This document shows, one piece after another, positions 58,824 through 64,000 of a DNA stretch of 64,000 nucleotides. Under the pieces are notes generated by a model. That model was not told the DNA's origin, made no database searches, and saw nothing but the letters and a program-made list of their open reading frames with translations. Every line of letters starts with the position of its first letter. Positions within the stretch are counted from its first letter, which is position 1. The translations under genes and the position numbers were made by a program. The stretch is from Clostridia bacterium (GTDB lineage: Bacteria > Bacillota > Clostridia > Christensenellales > DTU072): contig DAONQC010000002.1 in assembly GCA_035409945.1 (NCBI GenBank), positions 128,403-192,402 of the forward strand, read 5' to 3'.

Positions 58824-58950
58824 GTTGCACTTGCCCTATAACGTTCGAGGAGCTATCCACTGTTGCGATTACCCTGTAACGCTCGAGGGGCTATCTACTG
58901 TTGCACTTGCTATGACAACTAACATTTTAACTACTCTTAGGTTTGTAACT
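58824..58950 (+). repeat. GTTGCACTTAC-family array (locus D: two 38-nt units plus one 25-nt unit plus tail)
   Basis: GTTGCACTTGCCCTATAACGTTCGAGGAGCTATCCACT (58824), GTTGCGATTACCCTGTAACGCTCGAGGGGCTATCTACT (58862) and GTTGCACTTGCTATGACAACTAACA (58900), then TTTTAACTACTCTTAGG, which resembles the locus C tail. Confidence 0.85.
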
Positions 58951-59172
58951 GGCAAGAATTACATTAACTGTATAAGACTCCATTACATTTTTAATGCTTT
59001 ATCTCTCCTCCTCTCTAGTTATACCTCCACTGTTATTATTGCTATTTGTTTTTAACACTATGTATATCCTAACAAAAGTGTTAAATGCTGATTTGGTTAC
59101 ACTCGGCAAGTGAAATCTTTATTAAAATCCACTTGCCAAGATTAACACTTTATTATTAAACCAACTTTCCTC

Positions 59173-62100
59173 CTACCCAGTAACAATTGGATTTTCTGCA
59201 TTTGGCCAGCATTCTTTAGCTGTCCAAAGCTTAGGCACTCCATTTTTATAATGCCAATATCCATACATTGTCCCAAGCCCAGCTTGGCCTTTGCTAGGTG
59301 GATAATCATCTGGGGTGAAAATCCCGCCAGCTTCGCACCTATAATGGTAATATACTTTACCTACCTTTACATTTGAAGGAAGAAAACCTTCATCATATCT
59401 ATCTTTTCCTGTTACATCATAGTCAACATAGACACAAAAGTATTTGTTAGCATCTTCAGTCCCTAGTAAACCACAATCAAAATAAAACGAACGCATTGCA
59501 TAGGTGCAGTCTCTTGGAACAAACGCTGACATTACACAACTTTCATCATGGTTTACATGGACCACGTGATCACTCCTATGCGAACGAACTCCCGAACAGC
59601 CTGCAAACGCCCAGTCCCTAATTTCTTTGATGTTATCAGGAATAATTAAGGCTTTATTACGACTAAAGTGTTTAGAGCCTGTAAACGCATATGCTTCAAT
59701 AATTGTTATATAACTATCAGTTGGTATTGCACCAGAACCATTACACCCTGCTACAATCATGCCCGCTTCTTTATCAATAATCATTTCGCTTGTTGACTTA
59801 TATTTATCATTTGGAGTATCCATTTCCAAATTTGTAAGACGGTCGCAGTAGTTAACTATTCCATATCCTATTTGTGTTACACTGCCTGGTATGCTTAACG
59901 CTCCTAACATTTCACAGTTAAGAAATGCAAAATCACCAATAGAGCGTAATCTAGGGCCAATATTAGCAAACTCGACATAAAGAAGATTAATACATTTCTC
60001 GAATGCTTTTTCATCTATTGTTTCCAAAGTTACTGGAAAGTTTATAGATGGAAGCGATGTACATTCTTTAAACGCATATTGACCTATATGTTTTACATTA
60101 CTATCAAGTAGATCTATATTTCGTAGTGCTGTGGCACCTCTAAAACAACCATTACTTATACTCGTGACGCCCTTTCCTACAACAAAGTTTTTTAATCTGG
60201 TACAGTCGCAAAAGATATAGCCCCAGAGCTTGTTTACGCTGTCAGGAAGGATGATTGATGTTAAACTTGTGCACTCAGAAAATGCACTAATTCCTATTGA
60301 CTCCAATGTATCTGGTAAGTTAACAGATAATAAGTTTGTACACCTACGAAAAGCGTCCCTTTTAATTGTATTAATCGGTGCAGGTATATCTACCTTACGT
60401 AAAGCTGTACAATCTTCAAACATTCCTTCTCCAATACTTGTCATGTTTTTCCCAAAATGAATCGTATGCAAGCTTGTACACCCTCTAAACGTATACCTAC
60501 CAATTATATTGCGTAAGTTGTTTCCAAGATATACAGTTTGTATCACTTTATTATTTTCGAAAATCCCTTCTATGTTTACCTGGTATCCATTTTCAACTCT
60601 TACTGAAGCAAAATCCTGCACTATATTACCTTCAAGCCATGCTGGGATATAAAACTCAGAGAAGAAATCTCCAGCATATCCATCAATCCTTATAGTTGGA
60701 AGACCCGTCCCCTGGGTAGTTGGACAATAAGAGAATCTAGGACACTCAGCATATCTTTCATCTTTAGATATACAACCATAAGTAGCTACAAACTCCCGCT
60801 CTACCATTTTTCTATGTGACTGGGCCCCATCCAAGCTCCAGCGCTCGCACTGGTACCAGTCTTTAAATTCGTAGGTATATCCCTCATCATCTGGTATAGT
60901 TGGAGCTGGTCCATCATATTCAATATCGTCAGGTATCACATATCTTTCGTAACCACTCTCTGACACTTCTAATTCCTTTTTCCGTCTTTCAGTTTTAATT
61001 AACTCTGGACCTGTAGACCAGTTGTACCAAGAAACATCGTAAGCCTCTACATATTTAGCTGTAAACTCCATATCTTTTACGAGTCTATCTGGTACTGGCT
61101 CCCAGGTATCAAATACATATTTGTAGTTCCATCTTTTGTCATCTAGTTTTTTAAGCTCCGGCCCCCTGTATTGCGGCGTGGAGCCTGCTTCTACCTCTTC
61201 AGTGTATAGTACTGTGCGCCAACTGTTAGTGTTATAGTTAAACTCAGCAGTATCTATCCAAGTGACCGTGTATTTCCTCTTTATACCAGCAAACGATGCT
61301 ATGTATGTTACGTCGCAGGTTACTTGCGTTACCGATGGAGACCACCCCATAAACATATAATCATATATCTCATTACTTTCTTTCATAGGAGCTGGACCTG
61401 TATATTGTGGTAGCGCACCATAAAGAATGTTCGTGTCAACTGCTAGTACTTTCCCATCCCAGTTTTTCCAAGTAACTGTATAAAACTTATCTACCTTTTG
61501 AAAGTCTGCAGTATATATTGCATCTTTTGTTGCAGCTACTACCTCTGGTGTCCAACCTCTAAATGCATATGCAAAAACATCATCACTTCCTCTTGTAGGT
61601 ATTTCGCCTTTATATTCAGGGATAGTGCCTTTTTCAACTAGAGGATCTACTTGTAGAATAGTGCCATCATAGTTTTCCCAAACGATTGTGAAGCAGTTAG
61701 ATTTTTCAAACTTTTTATATTCTGCTGTATATGTTGCGTCTTCAGTTGCCTCTACAATCTCTGGCGTCCATTCCCTAAACTTATATGAATAGGTTTCATC
61801 ATCAGGTCTTTTGGGTTCCTCACCTATATATTCTGGTGTCGTTCCTTTTTCCACACCCTTATCTACTTTAATAATGGAATCATCATAGTTTTTCCAAGTT
61901 ATGTTGCAATATTGTTTTTTATCTAGCCTATTAAACTTTGCAACATATACTGTAGCTTCGGTTGCTTCTACAACTTCTGTACTCCAACCTGCAAATACAT
62001 ATATGTAGTTTTCATCATCAGCTTTCTCAGGTGTTGCACCAAGATACTGAGGTACGGTTCCACCTTCAACCTTTTCGTCTATTTGTAATACCGAACCATT

Positions 62101-62208
62101 TTCATCTACCCACGCAATTTTATATGTGTCCTTATCGCAAGCAGTGAGGGTTAGTATCGTCGTTACGACAATAGCAATTACTATGAGTATTAATATTAAT
62201 TTTTTCAT
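59173..62208 (-). CDS. Surface lipoprotein: six ~65-aa B-repeat-like modules plus BspA-type leucine-rich repeats (LRR_5) plus a Cys/Trp-rich C-terminal domain
   Basis: Lipobox MKKLILILIVIAIVVTTILTLTAC. Repeats of the form Y.I(T)W.N.DG..L.......G..P.Y.G..P.....D..Y.Y.F.GW.PE.V.AT.DA.Y.A.F. LRR_5-like stretch: FRGCTSLHTIHFGKNMTSIGEGMFEDCTALRKVDIP... Confidence 0.7.
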   Translation of the reverse strand: MKKLILILIVIAIVVTTILTLTACDKDTYKIAWVDENGSVLQIDEKVEGGTVPQYLGATPEKADDENYIYVFAGWSTEVVEATEATVYVAKFNRLDKKQYCNITWKNYDDSIIKVDKGVEKGTTPEYIGEEPKRPDDETYSYKFREWTPEIVEATEDATYTAEYKKFEKSNCFTIVWENYDGTILQVDPLVEKGTIPEYKGEIPTRGSDDVFAYAFRGWTPEVVAATKDAIYTADFQKVDKFYTVTWKNWDGKVLAVDTNILYGALPQYTGPAPMKESNEIYDYMFMGWSPSVTQVTCDVTYIASFAGIKRKYTVTWIDTAEFNYNTNSWRTVLYTEEVEAGSTPQYRGPELKKLDDKRWNYKYVFDTWEPVPDRLVKDMEFTAKYVEAYDVSWYNWSTGPELIKTERRKKELEVSESGYERYVIPDDIEYDGPAPTIPDDEGYTYEFKDWYQCERWSLDGAQSHRKMVEREFVATYGCISKDERYAECPRFSYCPTTQGTGLPTIRIDGYAGDFFSEFYIPAWLEGNIVQDFASVRVENGYQVNIEGIFENNKVIQTVYLGNNLRNIIGRYTFRGCTSLHTIHFGKNMTSIGEGMFEDCTALRKVDIPAPINTIKRDAFRRCTNLLSVNLPDTLESIGISAFSECTSLTSIILPDSVNKLWGYIFCDCTRLKNFVVGKGVTSISNGCFRGATALRNIDLLDSNVKHIGQYAFKECTSLPSINFPVTLETIDEKAFEKCINLLYVEFANIGPRLRSIGDFAFLNCEMLGALSIPGSVTQIGYGIVNYCDRLTNLEMDTPNDKYKSTSEMIIDKEAGMIVAGCNGSGAIPTDSYITIIEAYAFTGSKHFSRNKALIIPDNIKEIRDWAFAGCSGVRSHRSDHVVHVNHDESCVMSAFVPRDCTYAMRSFYFDCGLLGTEDANKYFCVYVDYDVTGKDRYDEGFLPSNVKVGKVYYHYRCEAGGIFTPDDYPPSKGQAGLGTMYGYWHYKNGVPKLWTAKECWPNAENPIVTG

Positions 62209-62346
62209 TGTATTACCTCTACTATCTTTTATATTTCAATATGATTTACATATTGCATCTTCTTTGACTAAATCTTTACTGACTATACACTTTATAATTT
62301 AGTAATAACTGTTTTGCTTAGTACGCCAGGCTCTTGGTCTAAGTTT

Positions 62347-64000
62347 TTATCGCCAAACAGTTGGGGTATCTTCAACATAGTGCCAGTGAGAGCCGTCAAT
62401 ATTTGATTCTTCGCTGTACCAATAAGCTTGTTTACCAGAATCCCAGTCATCCTTCCAACCAAACGGTTTTTCCGTTGCCTTACAGTATATTTGTATATAG
62501 TTACAGTTGCGGAAGGCCGAAAGGAGATGCCTTACGCTATCTGGTATCACTATTGATGCTAGCTCAGTACATCCTTGGAATGCAGAACCACCTATTGATT
62601 CAACACCATCTGATAATGTAATTGTTGTTAAGGCAGTACAACCCCTAAATGCTCCGTCATCTATCATAATAACGCTACCCGGTATCGTAATTGATTCTAA
62701 TGCGTCACAATTCATGAATGCATTCTCCTCGATATATGTTACTGAGTCGGCTATTGAAACTGTGGCGAGTTTTTCACAACCCCAAAATATTCCTTCAGGG
62801 ATATATTTAACACCGTTTTCTATTGTAACTGTTGTAAGAAGAGAGCAATATGTGAATAGGTTACTTCCTAAATTCTTCACACTCCCTGGCATTGTTACAC
62901 TCTCTATACTACATTGATAGAACGCACTATCTTCCAAAGTAGTAACAGTACTAGGAATTGTAATGTTAGAAATGTTAGCAAATGAAAATGCATACTTTCC
63001 TATAGTAGTAACTCCGCTTGGTATGGAAGAACCTTTAGCCCCTGCTACTAATTTATTGCTTTCTTTTTCTATTATCGCATTGCAGTTTTCACGAGAATCA
63101 TATACCGCATTCCCTTCATCAACGGTAACAGTTGCCAGATCTCTACAACTTGCAAATATCTGACTACCTACATATACAACATTTTTAGGAATTGTAACGG
63201 TCGTCAGTGCTCTGCAACTAGACAGTGCACCTTCCCCAATATGAGTTAAGCTATCTGGGAATGTAACAGCTGTAAGTTTACTGCAGCCAGAAAAAGCTGA
63301 GTCGGCTATAACTTTACAACCTTCTTTTACATTAACTGTTGTCACATTTGAGTTTGCCGGAGACATAAATACCAAGTAGTTATTATCAGCATTACCTAAA
63401 TATTTATTACCAGCTTCATCTGTGTAATAATTTACATTGTTAGAAAAACTAAATGCATACGCATCTACTGAAGTAATGCTATCTGGAAGATTTACTGTCT
63501 GAAGTGCAGGACAGAAAGAAAAAGTGTCATTTGGTATAGAATTAACTCCACTTGGAATGTTAATTGTAGTAATCTTACCGCAACGGTAAAATGCCTCTTT
63601 TTTAATGGTATTTAATCCACTGCCAAGAGTGACTGTTTCCAGTGCACTACATCCATCAAAAGCTCTATTTCCAATTGATGTAACACTATCTGTAATAGTT
63701 ACCTCTGACAAACTGCTACATCCATCAAAAACACTATCACCAATATATTTAAGAGCATTTCCTAAGGTAATTGTTGTTAGAGCGGTATTATCCATAAAAA
63801 CACTATTTGCCAATACCTTGCAGTTATCATTTACTGTAAAATCGGTTAGCGTCTCATCAATAACACCTACTAATACCACATACTGATTTTCTGTATTACC
63901 TAGGTATTTTCCATTATTTTCAGCTGTGTATGTTAAAGATAAGCATCCATCAAAAGCAACTCTACCAATTGTTTTTATACTATCTGGTATTGATATGCTC
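62347..64000 (-). CDS. BspA-family leucine-rich-repeat surface protein, C-terminal part; ORF remains open to the window edge
   Basis: The track begins at GTG 63879. The same frame stays open upstream to 63999 (...SISIPDSIKTIGRVAFDGCLSLTYTAENNGKYLGNTENQYV-VLVGVIDE...), continuing the LRR_5 pattern (IGxxAFxxCxxLxxVTIPxSV). Confidence 0.75.
   Translation of the reverse strand, partial: SISIPDSIKTIGRVAFDGCLSLTYTAENNGKYLGNTENQYVVLVGVIDETLTDFTVNDNCKVLANSVFMDNTALTTITLGNALKYIGDSVFDGCSSLSEVTITDSVTSIGNRAFDGCSALETVTLGSGLNTIKKEAFYRCGKITTINIPSGVNSIPNDTFSFCPALQTVNLPDSITSVDAYAFSFSNNVNYYTDEAGNKYLGNADNNYLVFMSPANSNVTTVNVKEGCKVIADSAFSGCSKLTAVTFPDSLTHIGEGALSSCRALTTVTIPKNVVYVGSQIFASCRDLATVTVDEGNAVYDSRENCNAIIEKESNKLVAGAKGSSIPSGVTTIGKYAFSFANISNITIPSTVTTLEDSAFYQCSIESVTMPGSVKNLGSNLFTYCSLLTTVTIENGVKYIPEGIFWGCEKLATVSIADSVTYIEENAFMNCDALESITIPGSVIMIDDGAFRGCTALTTITLSDGVESIGGSAFQGCTELASIVIPDSVRHLLSAFRNCNYIQIYCKATEKPFGWKDDWDSGKQAYWYSEESNIDGSHWHYVEDTPTVWR

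Noticed and set aside
58825-59055. A 76-aa plus-strand ORF (TTG start) downstream of the LytTR gene region.
   Set aside because: Its 5' half is translated straight through the GTTGCACTTAC repeat array, so the reading frame is a by-product of the repeats. It has no SD.
1-64000. Alternative genetic code (UGA=Trp, as in Mollicutes), considered because of the low GC content.
   Set aside because: Long conserved genes (rpoB, rpoC, fusA, recD2) are intact under the standard bacterial code and terminate where homologs do. cap5 ends at a TGA positioned for start/stop coupling, so TGA is consistent with a stop.

Overview
AT-rich, Gram-positive-type (Bacillota-like) chromosomal window. SD sequences are GGAGG-like, promoters are sigma-A-like TTGACA-N17-TATAAT, and gene order resembles Bacilli. 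All calls come from reading the sequence and the ORF translations. No searches were run, and hand-counted motif coordinates may be off by 1-2 nt.

Content from left to right:
(1) A small defence island next to tRNA-Val(GAC). It holds a 5' fragment of a type I restriction R subunit (hsdR, absent from the ORF track) and a two-gene CBASS-like operon. That operon is an HNH-SAVED (Cap5-like) effector followed by an overlapping SMODS/CD-NTase with an AGS-C-like tail.
(2) Accessory carbohydrate and surface genes: a membrane-anchored GH18-like protein, an orphan hisF, a GPH-family sugar symporter, a membrane protein with two tandem domains, and a 2483-aa beta-helix / B-repeat surface protein.
(3) A 1.3-kb non-coding gap.
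(4) A galactofuranose-type glycopolymer cluster: lipid-kinase-like gene, GlfT2-like GT, glf, Wzm/Wzt-type ABC exporter, DUF4422, priming sugar transferase, O-antigen-ligase-like protein with an 87-bp in-frame repeat tail, and a GH27 alpha-galactosidase with an inserted CBM-like module.
(5) The core translation/transcription region, all on the minus strand: tuf, fusA, rpsG, rpsL, L7Ae-like, then tsaD, recD2, metK, then rpoC, rpoB, ispDF. rplI follows on the plus strand, then rplL, rplJ, rplA, rplK, nusG, secE and rpmG (a 49-aa gene missing from the track).
(6) A LytTR/DUF3021 pair and two BspA-type LRR / B-repeat surface proteins.

The most unusual signals are non-coding:
(a) A dispersed intergenic repeat family built from GTTGCACTTAC-initiated 25-nt and 38-nt subunits occurs at five or more loci. 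In three loci it ends exactly 36-37 nt upstream of a predicted -35 box, in the same orientation relative to the transcribed gene.
(b) At least eleven intergenic regions consist of decaying tandem duplicates (periods about 55-127 bp) that straddle a gene's stop or start codon.
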